This document shows, piece by piece, positions 1-11,267 of a DNA stretch of 64,000 nucleotides (position 1 is the first letter of the stretch; each line of letters opens with the position of its first letter). Location of the stretch: NCBI GenBank assembly GCA_046757665.1, contig JBHHYO010000003.1, forward strand, positions 1-64,000, written 5' to 3'. The DNA is from Nitrospinales bacterium (GTDB lineage Bacteria > Nitrospinota > Nitrospinia > Nitrospinales > JAJDAT01). The notes under the pieces are model-generated. The model had not been told where the DNA came from, did no database searches, and worked only from the letters and a program-made list of their open reading frames with translations. The translations under genes were made by a program, and so were the position numbers.

Positions 1-9
1 CATGTAGGC

Positions 10-73
10 TTGCCACCCTTCGACAAGTTCAGGGTGACAATCTCACATCTTTCTCAGGATTTTTCAGCGCCCT
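10..73. repeat. Family-B palindromic repeat / MITE-like end (probably cut by window edge)
   Basis: TGCCACCCTTCGACAAGTTCAGGGTGACAA...CAGGATTTTTTCAGCGCCCTG matches the copy at 38999-39063; hairpin CACCCT...AGGGTG. Confidence 0.7.
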
Positions 74-104
74 GATAACTTAACCCACTCAAAAAATTCC
101 CACC

Positions 105-1298
105 GTGACGAAAATCCTCACCGGACTCGACGTACTTCTGGCGGACCCCGGGCGTTTCCTCAAGGGGACCCGGCTTGGCCTGGTCGCAAACCACACCAGC
201 CTGGCGGGCGACCGGCGGCATTCGGTATCGCATTTCCGGCAAGACAAGCGGTTCGACCTGAAAAAGCTGTTCGCTCCGGAGCACGGGTTTTACGGAACCG
301 ACCAGGACATGGCGCCGGTGGCCGGCCGCACCGACCCGACTTCCGGGCTGACCGTGATCAGCCTGTACGGCGACCGCGCCGACTCCCTGCATCCCGATCC
401 TGAAATCTTGCAAGACATCGACGTTCTAGTTTTCGACATTCAGGACATCGGCGCGCGCTATTACACATTCATTTACACCATGGCAAACTGCATGGCGGCC
501 TGCCGGGAGGCGGGGGTTGCCATGGTGGTCTGCGACCGTCCCAACCCCGTCAACGGACGGCAAGTGGAAGGCAACCTGATACAAGACGTCTGCCGGTCCT
601 TCGTCGGCCAATATCCGATTGCCAACCGTCACGGCATGACGTGCGGCGAGCTGGCCTTGTTGTTCAACGATCATTTTGCCATCGGTTGCGACCTGACGGT
701 GGTTGCCATGCAGGGCTGGAACCGGGAGATGTGGTTCGACGAGACGGGCCTGCCGTGGACGCCGCCGTCGCCGAACATGCCCAGCCTGGCCACCGCCACC
801 GTTTATTCGGGGATGTGCCTGGTGGAGGGCACGCAACTTTCCGAGGGCCGCGGCACCACCCTGCCCTTCGAGCAATACGGCGCACCCTATATCGACGCCC
901 ACCGGCTGGCGGAACGCCTCAACCGCGAGAACCCGCCGGGAGTGTTCTTCCGCCCGCATTATTTCAAACCCGCTTTTCACAAATGGGCCGGCGAAACCTG
1001 CGGCGGCGTCCAGCTTCACATCACCGACCGCCGAACCTTCAAACCCGTCATAACCGGCATCGCCGCCACCATGGCCGTTGCCGGCCTTTATCCCAAAGAG
1101 TTTGCCTGGCGAACGGAGCCTTACGAGTTCGTGAAAGACCCGCCGGCCATCGACCTGCTGTATGGAAACTCTCAACTGCGGAAAATTTTCACGCAACAGC
1201 AAACTCCCCTGGCTACCATCGAAGAGTCCTGGAAGGACGACCTCGACGCCTTTTTGACGCTACGAGAAAACTTTCTCCTTTATAAAGAAGACAATTAG
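105..1298 (+). CDS. namZ: DUF1343 family exo-beta-N-acetylmuramidase (NamZ-like)
   Basis: Motifs LGLVANHTS, LFAPEHGF, FDIQDIGARYYTF, DRPNP, RHGMTCGE, PPSPNMP, SEGRGTTLPF. Confidence 0.88.
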   Translation: MTKILTGLDVLLADPGRFLKGTRLGLVANHTSLAGDRRHSVSHFRQDKRFDLKKLFAPEHGFYGTDQDMAPVAGRTDPTSGLTVISLYGDRADSLHPDPEILQDIDVLVFDIQDIGARYYTFIYTMANCMAACREAGVAMVVCDRPNPVNGRQVEGNLIQDVCRSFVGQYPIANRHGMTCGELALLFNDHFAIGCDLTVVAMQGWNREMWFDETGLPWTPPSPNMPSLATATVYSGMCLVEGTQLSEGRGTTLPFEQYGAPYIDAHRLAERLNRENPPGVFFRPHYFKPAFHKWAGETCGGVQLHITDRRTFKPVITGIAATMAVAGLYPKEFAWRTEPYEFVKDPPAIDLLYGNSQLRKIFTQQQTPLATIEESWKDDLDAFLTLRENFLLYKEDN

Positions 1299-1455
1299 CC
1301 GGAATTTTATTTCCCGCCGGCGGGGAACCGGAGAGAAAAAACCCCGGCGATTCAATTAAAAATGCCGCTTTTTGAAAAAAATCCGGCAGGTTTCGGCAAA
1401 AAATCCGGGAAAACGGCAAAATTCCCTGAAAAAACGGGAATTGTGTCCGGCGGTA

Positions 1456-1484
1456 TTGACAAAACCGTGGTGGGTCTGTATATT
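1456..1484 (+). promoter_or_regulatory. sigma70 promoter for the dnaG-rpoD region
   Basis: TTGACA (1456-1461), 17-bp spacer, TATATT (1479-1484); phased A-tracts upstream. Confidence 0.7.
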
Positions 1485-1812
1485 CAGTACACTGCCGGTA
1501 GAATGCGGTTTTGCGGATCGAGCTTTAATCGAAAGAGTCATTTCAACCAAGCCTCCATTGAATAAGGTGCCTGTTTCAACTCCATTTCGAGAGTTAATAA
1601 GCCCTCGTTCTCCTTATCGCCACAGGGCCGCAAGGTCTGTGTCGAAAGGGATGTTTCATGCGTTTTTCGCCGAGTTTTCGGAGAACGGTCCGTCGGGAAA
1701 ACACAGGGGGAATTCGTTTCCGTAAATTCTAGCGGCGCCCAGGTTTTTGTTTCCACTCCCGGCCAAGCAGGAAATGCTTTGCCGAACTGGCACTCTTTTT
1801 TTTCTGAAGACT

Positions 1813-3618
1813 TTGGAATATTACATCCCGGAAACGGTTATCGAAGAGATCAGGGTGCGTGCCGATATCGTCAAGATCATTCTTGACCATGTCGTGATCA
1901 AAAAGAGCGGGCAAAACTACAAAGGCCTCTGCCCCTTTCATCCGGAGAAGACCCCCTCGTTTGTTGTGAGCCCCGCAAAGCAGATTTACCACTGCTTCGG
2001 CTGTTCGGCAGGCGGGAATGTGTTCAAATTCCTGATGGAAACAGAGGGCATCACCTTTATCGAAGCGGTTAAAAAGCTGGCGGCCCGGTGCCATGTCGTC
2101 CTTCCGGACGCTCCCGGGAAACGGCGGAACCCGGCAGTGGCCGGAGAGCGCGAGGCTCTTTTCCGTTTACACACCGAGGCGGCCGATTATTTTGTTTCCC
2201 TGCTTCGCCATCCGGCCAAGGGCAAGGAGGCGCGGGAGTACTTGCGGGCGCGCGCCTTCGACGATGCGACCATCGAGAAATACCAATTGGGCTGGGCTCC
2301 GCCGGGCTGGAGGGAGTTGCTGACGCATTTTGAGCAGGCGGGAAAAACCTCCCGCGCCCAACTGGAAAAAGCCGGGCTCGTCAAGCGAGGCAACACAAAC
2401 CAGGACGCTTTTTACGACCGCTTCCGCGGACGGATCATTTTCCCCCTGAAGGACGCGCAGGGGCGGATCATCGGTTTCGCCGGCAGGGTCCTGGCCGAAA
2501 ACGACAAGGAACCCAAATACCTGAACTCTCCGGAGACGTCCTTATACGTCAAGGGTCATCATCTGTTCGGGCTGGACCGTGCCAAAGCGGATATCCGCCG
2601 GGCAAACCGGGCGCTGATCGTGGAGGGTTATTTTGACCAGTTGCGCGCCGCCCAGGCGGGAATCCATCATGTGGTCGCCACCAGCGGCACGGCACTGACG
2701 CCCCGGCAGGCGGCGCTTCTGAAAAACCACACGCTGAACGTCGTTTTGGTTTTCGACGCCGACGCGGCCGGCCAATCCGCCGCCGAACGGGGTTTCGACC
2801 TGCTTTTGGACCAGGGCATGGACGTCGGCATCGTCGCCCTGCCCGAGGGGCACGACCCGGACTCCTTTCTCCGCGAGCACGGCGCGCCGGCGTTTTTGCG
2901 GCTGGTGGACAACGCCGAACCCTACGTCGAGTACTTCATTCGCAAAGCCGCCGATGACGGAGACACCGGCAAACCCTCCGGGCGCATCGAAATTGCCAAC
3001 CGCGTTCTGCCTCTGCTGTGCAAAATCAAAAACAGCGTGGCGCGCGCCGAGGCTCTCCGGCTCCTCTCCGAGCAACTGGGGACGGACGACCGGGCTCTGC
3101 TCGCGGAGTTGAAAAAAGCGGTTAAAAAGGAGAAACCCTTTATCCGCCAACCGGAATCTAAACCAACAAAGCTGGACACCCCCGAAGAACACTATTTGAT
3201 CCACCTCCTGCTTTCCGGAGGTGAAACGGCGGAGGCTATCCGCCGGCAGATTCCCTTGGAAGCATTTCAGAACGAGAGGTTGCGCTACATTGCCGGGCTG
3301 TTTTACACCATGATGGACGAAGGTGCCCCGGCGCGCGTCGACCGGGCGCTGGACCAGATCGCGGCGCCGGAGGTCCGGACCTTGCTGACCCAAATCAGCC
3401 TGTCTCCCTTGCAGTTCGACAATGCCGACAAGGCCGCCGCAGACTGCATCCGCAAAATCAAGCGGAGAAACCTGGAAATAAAAATCAGGGAATTGAAAAA
3501 AGAACGCAATGAAGCCGAAAAAACCGGACAAACCGAGCGCTCGCGCCAGCTACATCAATTAGTCCGCGACATGCAAACGTCCCTCGACCGAGACGAAGCC
3601 GGCGCGGCCGTTTACTAG
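1813..3618 (+). CDS. dnaG: DNA primase
   Basis: Zn finger CPFHPEKTPSF...CFGC, PKYLNSPET, TOPRIM VEGYFD and FDADAAG; likely TTG start at 1813 (ORF is open from 1747). Confidence 0.96.
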   Translation: MEYYIPETVIEEIRVRADIVKIILDHVVIKKSGQNYKGLCPFHPEKTPSFVVSPAKQIYHCFGCSAGGNVFKFLMETEGITFIEAVKKLAARCHVVLPDAPGKRRNPAVAGEREALFRLHTEAADYFVSLLRHPAKGKEAREYLRARAFDDATIEKYQLGWAPPGWRELLTHFEQAGKTSRAQLEKAGLVKRGNTNQDAFYDRFRGRIIFPLKDAQGRIIGFAGRVLAENDKEPKYLNSPETSLYVKGHHLFGLDRAKADIRRANRALIVEGYFDQLRAAQAGIHHVVATSGTALTPRQAALLKNHTLNVVLVFDADAAGQSAAERGFDLLLDQGMDVGIVALPEGHDPDSFLREHGAPAFLRLVDNAEPYVEYFIRKAADDGDTGKPSGRIEIANRVLPLLCKIKNSVARAEALRLLSEQLGTDDRALLAELKKAVKKEKPFIRQPESKPTKLDTPEEHYLIHLLLSGGETAEAIRRQIPLEAFQNERLRYIAGLFYTMMDEGAPARVDRALDQIAAPEVRTLLTQISLSPLQFDNADKAAADCIRKIKRRNLEIKIRELKKERNEAEKTGQTERSRQLHQLVRDMQTSLDRDEAGAAVY

Positions 3619-3666
3619 AAAATGACAAAGAAGATGACTATTCAACTTAAACCATCAGGAGATTCC

Positions 3667-5457
<1,791 letters not shown>

Positions 5458-5464
5458 CCCGTTG

Positions 5465-5537
5465 GGGCCCATAGCTCAGTTGGTAGAGCCCCCGGCTCAT
5501 AACCGGTTGGTCCCAGGTTCGAATCCTGGTGGGCCCA
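5465..5537 (+). tRNA. tRNA with CAT anticodon, most likely tRNA-Ile2 (lysidine)
   Basis: Cloverleaf: GGGCCCA/TGGGCCC acceptor, CTCATAA anticodon loop, GGTTCGAATCC T-arm; paired 1-72 argues against fMet; position after rpoD as for E. coli ileX; CCA not encoded. Confidence 0.9.
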
Positions 5538-5599
5538 CTTCGCTCCCGAAACGGTCTGCGGTATAATATTGTTTTACGTTCATCATCGAAAGGAAAACC

Positions 5600-5953
5600 G
5601 TGAAGTCCCTGGCTTCTATAACCACAAAAGATATCGAAACCATCAAGATGGCGCTCAACGATTCCGTCTCGGACATCAATGAGGAACTCAAGCGAAACCC
5701 TTCCGAAAGGAAAAAACAGGACCTGCTCAATTACAAGATAAAATACGTCCGGGTCCTGAGCAAGCTCCGGCAAAGCCCGTCGATTTACGCGCTTGCGGAA
5801 CACGACCTCGATCTGGCCGCCAGCGGATTGAATGATGCCATCGAATTACTGGACAATTATATAGAGTCGGACGACCTGACCGAAAAGGAAACGGCAGAGA
5901 TTCTGGCTCATAAAAGCGACTGCGAACGACTGCTCAATTTGCTGGCCGGCTGA
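5600..5953 (+). CDS. Hypothetical helical protein with internal duplication
   Basis: AAGGA RBS, GTG start, two ~58-aa repeats. Confidence 0.75.
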   Translation: MKSLASITTKDIETIKMALNDSVSDINEELKRNPSERKKQDLLNYKIKYVRVLSKLRQSPSIYALAEHDLDLAASGLNDAIELLDNYIESDDLTEKETAEILAHKSDCERLLNLLAG

Positions 5954-5990
5954 TTCCCCCTGCCCCCTGGCAGAGGGTTGACATCCGCAT

Positions 5991-6230
5991 CTACTCGCCG
6001 AGGAGAATCCTCATAATCGTCGGCTGGTTGGCGTAGTAACCGTAGTAAAACATCCAGAAGGTGATTCCCAGCCCTGCCGCCATGCTCAAGGTCCAGGCTG
6101 TTTTGCTGTCTTTCTTGATGTTTCTTTTGTCTTCATACATGAAGGCGGAGTGGATCAGCATTCCCATAAAAAATGCGATGGCGAGAAACGACAGCGCCAG
6201 CACCAGAACCATGAAGGGGGAAAAATTCAC
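5991..6230 (-). CDS. Small hypothetical membrane protein (2 TM)
   Basis: Two hydrophobic segments; GTG start at 6230 inferred. Confidence 0.65.
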   Translation of the reverse strand: MNFSPFMVLVLALSFLAIAFFMGMLIHSAFMYEDKRNIKKDSKTAWTLSMAAGLGITFWMFYYGYYANQPTIMRILLGE

Positions 6231-6291
6231 AGGACCTCGATCTTGCCGGCGGGTTTCGCCCCACTGCCATTCCACCCCGCCGGTTCCACGA

Positions 6292-6501
6292 TTATAAAAC
6301 AAACCCCTTTTCGGCGATTCCCAGGGCCACCAAAAGCCAGGACGCACCGACAACCAGGCCGGTCAACAAAGCCATTCCGCCGGCGACCCAGCACAGAATA
6401 ATCAAAACGTCTTTTCGAGACCGCCTGTGCGTGGCGAAACTGATCGCGGCCGTGAAGGCCACCAGAATCAAGGCGGAAATCCAATAATAGCGGGGAGGCA
6501 T
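6292..6501 (-). CDS. Small hypothetical membrane protein (2 TM)
   Basis: 69 aa with two hydrophobic segments, co-oriented downstream of pyk. Confidence 0.55.
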   Translation of the reverse strand: MPPRYYWISALILVAFTAAISFATHRRSRKDVLIILCWVAGGMALLTGLVVGASWLLVALGIAEKGFVL

Positions 6502-6569
6502 AATCCAACGATTCTAAACGAATTCGCCGCGGCCCGCAAGAAACGCCGCTAATAACGGAAAGCGGCGCG

Positions 6570-7997
6570 TTACGGAACCACTTCCACGCGAATGACGTTG
6601 GTCCATTGCGGCACCCCCACCGGCAAGCCGGTGGTGATGACGACCCTTTGACCTTTTTTCACCAGCCGCCTGGCTTTCAGGATGCCAAAGATATCCTTGA
6701 GATCGCCCACGAAACTGCTTTTTTTGTTCACCAGAAACGGCGTCGTGCCGCGCAACAGGGTCAGCCTTCGCGCCGTCTCCAGCCGGGAGGTGAACGCAAA
6801 CAGAGGCGCCATGGGATGCGGCGAGGAAACCAGCCGCGCCGTCCTGCCGGTTTCCGTGAACACCAGAAGAGCCTTGGCATTCAGCAGTTCCACCATGCGG
6901 TTGGCGGAATACGTGATGCCGAGGCTGACTGGCGGGTCGTCATCGAAAAACCAGTGCCAGGGCACGATGTGTTGATGGATGCGTTGAAAGTTCTCCGTCT
7001 TTCTCGCCGCTTCCGCCATGATCTTCACGGCGGCCCGCGGGTGTTTGCCCACGGCCGTTTCCGCGGACAGCATGATGGCGTCGGCACAGGCCATCACCGC
7101 ATTGGAAACATCGGAAACCTCGGCGCGCGTCGGACGGCGGTTGGTGATCATGGACTCCAGCATCTGCGTCGCCACGATGACCGGTTTGCTCTGTGCCGTG
7201 CATTCCCGCAAAATTTTCTGTTGCACCACAGGAACCTCGGTGATGGGGATTTCCACTCCCAGGTCGCCCCGCGCCACCATCACCCCGTCGGACGCCTGAA
7301 TGATCTCCTCCAGGCGCTGGACGGCCTGTTTCCGCTCGATCTTGGCGATGATCTCAACATTTTTTCCCGATTTTTTGATCAGGTTGCGGAGTTGCCGGAT
7401 ATCCCTGGCCGAACCGGCAAACGACAACGCCACGAAATCGACCCCCTGTTGCAGACCGAACGCCAAATCCTTTTTGTCCTTGGACGTCAGGGCGGCGGCA
7501 GAGATGACCGAGTCGGGCATGTTCAATCCCTTGAAGTCGGACAAGCATCCGCCCTCCAGCACCTTCACTTCCACGTTTTGTCCGGAAATGTTTTCCACCT
7601 TCACGCATAAATTACCGTCGTCCAGATACACCAGACTGCCTGTCTTCACGTCCCGGTGAAAATTGCGGAACTGGACGGGAACCACTTTATCCCGCCCCAC
7701 CACCCGTTTCGTCGTGAAGGTGAGCCGGTCGCCCCGGTTGATCTGGATAAACCCTTTTTCGAACGTTCCCACCCGGATTTTCGGCCCCTGAAGGTCGAGC
7801 AGGATTCCCACCAGGACGTTCAGTTCCTTTTCCGCCTCGCGAATCCAGCGTATCCACAGGCGCAACAGGTCGTAATCCCCATGCGACAGGTTCAGCCGGA
7901 ACACATTGACCCCGGCTTGCACCAGGTCCCGGATCGTTTTCTTTTTTCCGCTCGCCGGCCCCAGGGTGGCGATGATCTTAGTTAACTTGATGGACAT
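6570..7997 (-). CDS. pyk: Pyruvate kinase
   Basis: TKIIATLGPAS, RLNLSHG, DLQGPKIR, IIAKIE, MVARGDLGVE, ATQMLESM, PTRAEVSD. Confidence 0.97.
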   Translation of the reverse strand: MSIKLTKIIATLGPASGKKKTIRDLVQAGVNVFRLNLSHGDYDLLRLWIRWIREAEKELNVLVGILLDLQGPKIRVGTFEKGFIQINRGDRLTFTTKRVVGRDKVVPVQFRNFHRDVKTGSLVYLDDGNLCVKVENISGQNVEVKVLEGGCLSDFKGLNMPDSVISAAALTSKDKKDLAFGLQQGVDFVALSFAGSARDIRQLRNLIKKSGKNVEIIAKIERKQAVQRLEEIIQASDGVMVARGDLGVEIPITEVPVVQQKILRECTAQSKPVIVATQMLESMITNRRPTRAEVSDVSNAVMACADAIMLSAETAVGKHPRAAVKIMAEAARKTENFQRIHQHIVPWHWFFDDDPPVSLGITYSANRMVELLNAKALLVFTETGRTARLVSSPHPMAPLFAFTSRLETARRLTLLRGTTPFLVNKKSSFVGDLKDIFGILKARRLVKKGQRVVITTGLPVGVPQWTNVIRVEVVP

Positions 7998-8065
7998 GGA
8001 CGGGCTCCTTCCCGGTCAACCTCGCCGGCAATGAAAATACGGATGATGCCGCTTCGCACCGGGAT

Positions 8066-8875
8066 TCACGGCGCGTTGGTGTAGGCTTGCGGCGTCCGGC
8101 CAAACGGCATCGACAACAATCTCATGAAAGTGACGTCGTCCCGCTTTTGAAACGAGTCCACGCCAATGAGGATTTCCGGCTGGCTTTTTTTGGCGTTTTG
8201 CAGATAGGTTCCCAACATGCGGTCCCAGATGGACAGGTTGAATCCAAAATTGGAGTTGGTTTCGTTCACCTCCACCGAATGGTGAATCCGGTGCATGTCC
8301 GGCGTCACGATCAGCCAACGCAGAGCATTATCCAGCGCCAACGGCAGTTTGATGTTGGAGTGGGAAAACTGGGCCATGCCGTTGAGGACGGCTTCAAAGA
8401 TCAGCACCGCCAGGGGCGAGGGCCCCAGGGCCAGGATGATGCCCATTTTATAAACCATGGAGGCCAGAATCTCCACCGGGTGGAAACGCAGGCCGGACGA
8501 AACGTCCAGGTCCAGGTCCGAATGATGCACGACATGGAAGCGCCAGAACAGGGGGACCATGTGGACGACGACATGTTGCAGGTAAATCATGAGGTCGAGG
8601 AACACGACGGTGGCGGCCGTTTCCAGCCAGCCCGGCCCGTCCAGCCAGTTGAGCAGACCCCAGCCCTTGCCCTGGGCGAACTGGGCGGTGCCCACCGCCG
8701 CCGCGCCAAGCGCCAGCCGCACCACGACAATGTCCACGCCCGTCAACGCCAGATTGATCCCCAACCGGCGGACCTTGGAGTCCACGATGGGGTGGCGCGG
8801 AATCAGCCGCTCCAATAACAGCATCAGCAGAAAAACCGCCAGGAAAATAACAAACCGCAACGCGCCGGCATCCAT
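8066..8875 (-). CDS. Sterol desaturase / fatty acid hydroxylase family protein
   Basis: His boxes HVVVH, FHVVHHS, FHPVE, FSHSN, HRIHHS; TM segments. Confidence 0.88.
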   Translation of the reverse strand: MDAGALRFVIFLAVFLLMLLLERLIPRHPIVDSKVRRLGINLALTGVDIVVVRLALGAAAVGTAQFAQGKGWGLLNWLDGPGWLETAATVVFLDLMIYLQHVVVHMVPLFWRFHVVHHSDLDLDVSSGLRFHPVEILASMVYKMGIILALGPSPLAVLIFEAVLNGMAQFSHSNIKLPLALDNALRWLIVTPDMHRIHHSVEVNETNSNFGFNLSIWDRMLGTYLQNAKKSQPEILIGVDSFQKRDDVTFMRLLSMPFGRTPQAYTNAP

Positions 8876-8974
8876 AAAACAACCGCCTCCATCATCCGTT
8901 CGTTGCAACAGTATAGGACAGGGACAAATTCGATCAAGCGGAAATAAAACGTGCCGGGAAAAACCGACGCCGCA

Positions 8975-10267
8975 TCAAGGGTCGCCGCACGCCCGGTCGC
9001 GGGAAACATCGGCCAGTTTGCGGCGGTAAACGCCTCGCAGGTCGTTGCCGAGATGGACAAAATCCGATTCGATCATCATCTCGCCGCTGTTCACGAATTC
9101 CAGGCCGCGGCGGATTCTCTCGCAGACCGGCGGGTTCCGCCCGGCAGACGGGCGCAGTAACATCAGGTCGCAAAATTCAATCCCCGCTTCCACCGTGCGG
9201 ATGAGGCGCGGGTTAAATCTGTACCCCCTCTTTTCCCGGAGAAAGGTCATGATCCGCAAAGCATTCCCGTACGCCTCGCGGGCGCGGGCATAATCGCCGT
9301 TGATGGAGTAATGAGCGGCTTTCATCACCTCCAGCGTCTTGTTGCCGATAAAACCGCCGTCCGGCGCTTCATTTTTGAAATAACGGTTTTCAAATTCGCC
9401 GATCCACTTGCCGGTATTGGCGCGGCAGGTTTCCGGCGACAGCGGGTGGCTCGCCGGCAGGTTGCGGTTTTTCTCGTTGAGCTGTTCGGAAATATAAAAC
9501 AGGATGAGCGCCTGGTAGGCGACCGGTTTGGCAAACGGTTGGGCGTTGACGGCCCGTATCAAATGGGAGAACCCCTCCTGCCGCCGGTCCCGCCCGCCCT
9601 GCATGAGGAAGTTGCCGATCCCTCCCAGCCGGCTGTTCACGTACCGGTACATCCCCAGGCCAATGTGGGCGTCCACCAGTTGCGGGTCCAGGGCCAGCGC
9701 CTTTTCCAGATAACGATCGGCCATGAATCCGTTGGTAAAAGCCTTGAGAGGGTTTCCGACGCCAAACTCGTATTTGCCGATATACCCCGCCGTTCCGCCC
9801 AGAATCAAATAGGCCAGGGCTCTCTGGCGCGGCGGGAGGTTCGGGTTGTCGATGAGCCACCGCACGGTTTGATTTGCCTTGTCGATGTTCCTGCGGTACT
9901 CCGCCTCGTTTTTTTCAAACCGGAACCGGCGGGTCAGCCCCATGCCGTAAACTCTTTCCACATTGATCGCCGCCAGCTGGAAATAGGATATCGTCAACTC
10001 CATTTTTTCCTGAATGCCCAAAGCCCGGCGTTGCAACCGCGAAATCCGATCCCGGAATACCGGCATCCATTTTTCGTCCCGGTAGTGCAACCGATCCACA
10101 ATAGCCCGCCGCCCCTCCTCCAGCAAAGCCGGGACCCCATCCGGGCGTTCTCCGGCAAGGGACAAGGGTTCGTCTCCCATGGCGACCGGGAGAGCGAACA
10201 GCGCCAGAACCAACGCCCGGGAAAAATGTTCCCGAAATTTTCGCATCATGAAGTGGCCTTTGGTCAT
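8975..10267 (-). CDS. Exported hypothetical protein with TPR-like segment
   Basis: GAGGAG RBS, signal-like N terminus, YLEKALALDPQLVDAHIGLGMY. Confidence 0.75.
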   Translation of the reverse strand: MTKGHFMMRKFREHFSRALVLALFALPVAMGDEPLSLAGERPDGVPALLEEGRRAIVDRLHYRDEKWMPVFRDRISRLQRRALGIQEKMELTISYFQLAAINVERVYGMGLTRRFRFEKNEAEYRRNIDKANQTVRWLIDNPNLPPRQRALAYLILGGTAGYIGKYEFGVGNPLKAFTNGFMADRYLEKALALDPQLVDAHIGLGMYRYVNSRLGGIGNFLMQGGRDRRQEGFSHLIRAVNAQPFAKPVAYQALILFYISEQLNEKNRNLPASHPLSPETCRANTGKWIGEFENRYFKNEAPDGGFIGNKTLEVMKAAHYSINGDYARAREAYGNALRIMTFLREKRGYRFNPRLIRTVEAGIEFCDLMLLRPSAGRNPPVCERIRRGLEFVNSGEMMIESDFVHLGNDLRGVYRRKLADVSRDRACGDP

Positions 10268-10512
10268 TTGGGTTTTCTCCTCGTTCCGGGCTTCTCCCCG
10301 CAGTATATTAACCGAAAGATTTCGTTAATCTCAAGGATTACGACGCTTGGCCGGGCGCGTCAAAATTCCGCCGCACACGCTGGAAAAAATTTCCTTGCAT
10401 CCGGGAAAACCTGCCGGAAACTTTCCTTTTGCGGGCGCAGATTATAAAATAAATACAAATAAAAACAACTAGTTACATAAAGTCATCACCGTTCGTCCAC
10501 AAGGCCCTACCA

Positions 10513-10527
10513 TGGCACGGGAATTGC
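10513..10527 (+). promoter_or_regulatory. sigma54 (-24/-12) promoter of flgB
   Basis: TGGCAC-GGGAA-TTGC; IHF-like AAACAACTAGTTA at 10463-10475. Confidence 0.85.
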
Positions 10528-10554
10528 TTCTTGGGGGATAAAGGAGGTGGGAAA

Positions 10555-10977
10555 ATGTTTATCGACCGATTGCTGTTTTCCGACAAGGTTCCCTTGTTGC
10601 TTAAAAAGAACCTGGATTTTCAATCCGAGCGCAACTTGTTGATCGCCGGCAATACCAGCAACATCAACACACCGGGCTACAAAGCCCAGGACCTGGATTT
10701 TCAGTCCCAGTTGGATGAAGTTCTGGACTCGGGCAACCAACTCAAAATCGAGACCACGAATGTCAAGCATTTCGGCCCCTCAAAAGACGCGCTGAAAAAC
10801 CTCGAACCCACGGTGATTGAAGAGCCGGACGCCGCCCGCTCCAACGGCAACAACGTGAACCTGGACAAGGAAATGTTGAAGCTGGCCGAAAACCAAATCA
10901 ACTATACCGCTACGGTTCAATTGATGAGCAAGAGAGGATCGACTATTCGCGCCGCCATCACGGAAAACGCAACCTGA
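10555..10977 (+). CDS. flgB: Flagellar basal-body rod protein FlgB
   Basis: IAGNTSNINTPGYKAQDLDF and NGNNVNLDKEM; AGGAGG RBS. Confidence 0.95.
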   Translation: MFIDRLLFSDKVPLLLKKNLDFQSERNLLIAGNTSNINTPGYKAQDLDFQSQLDEVLDSGNQLKIETTNVKHFGPSKDALKNLEPTVIEEPDAARSNGNNVNLDKEMLKLAENQINYTATVQLMSKRGSTIRAAITENAT

Positions 10978-10999
10978 CCTCCGGGCCGGGCTTGAAAGA

Positions 11000-11145
11000 A
11001 AGCTTCGCATAAGTGTACTTGTTTGATTGTCATTGCGAGGAGCGGAGCCGACCAAGCAATCCAGAAGGCTGGATCGCCACGCCGCCGGTAGCGGCTCGCG
11101 ATGACACCGGAGCGGCGAAAAATCTCGGGTTATGCAACGCCTCGG
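11000..11145 (+). mobile_element. Family-A MITE/REP-like element, copy 1
   Basis: Imperfect TIRs GCTTCGCATAA / TTATGCAACGCC around the GTCATTGCGAG...CTCGCGATGAC core. Confidence 0.75.
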
Positions 11146-11267
11146 CTTGAGGAGCCCGGAACGCAGTGCCCAAAAAATCACTCAACCCGCCAGCGGGAAC
11201 GGCCGTAAAGAAAGTTGACAAAAAAACAGTAAAGCCTTAATTTATAGAAAAAAGAAGGACAACCGGC

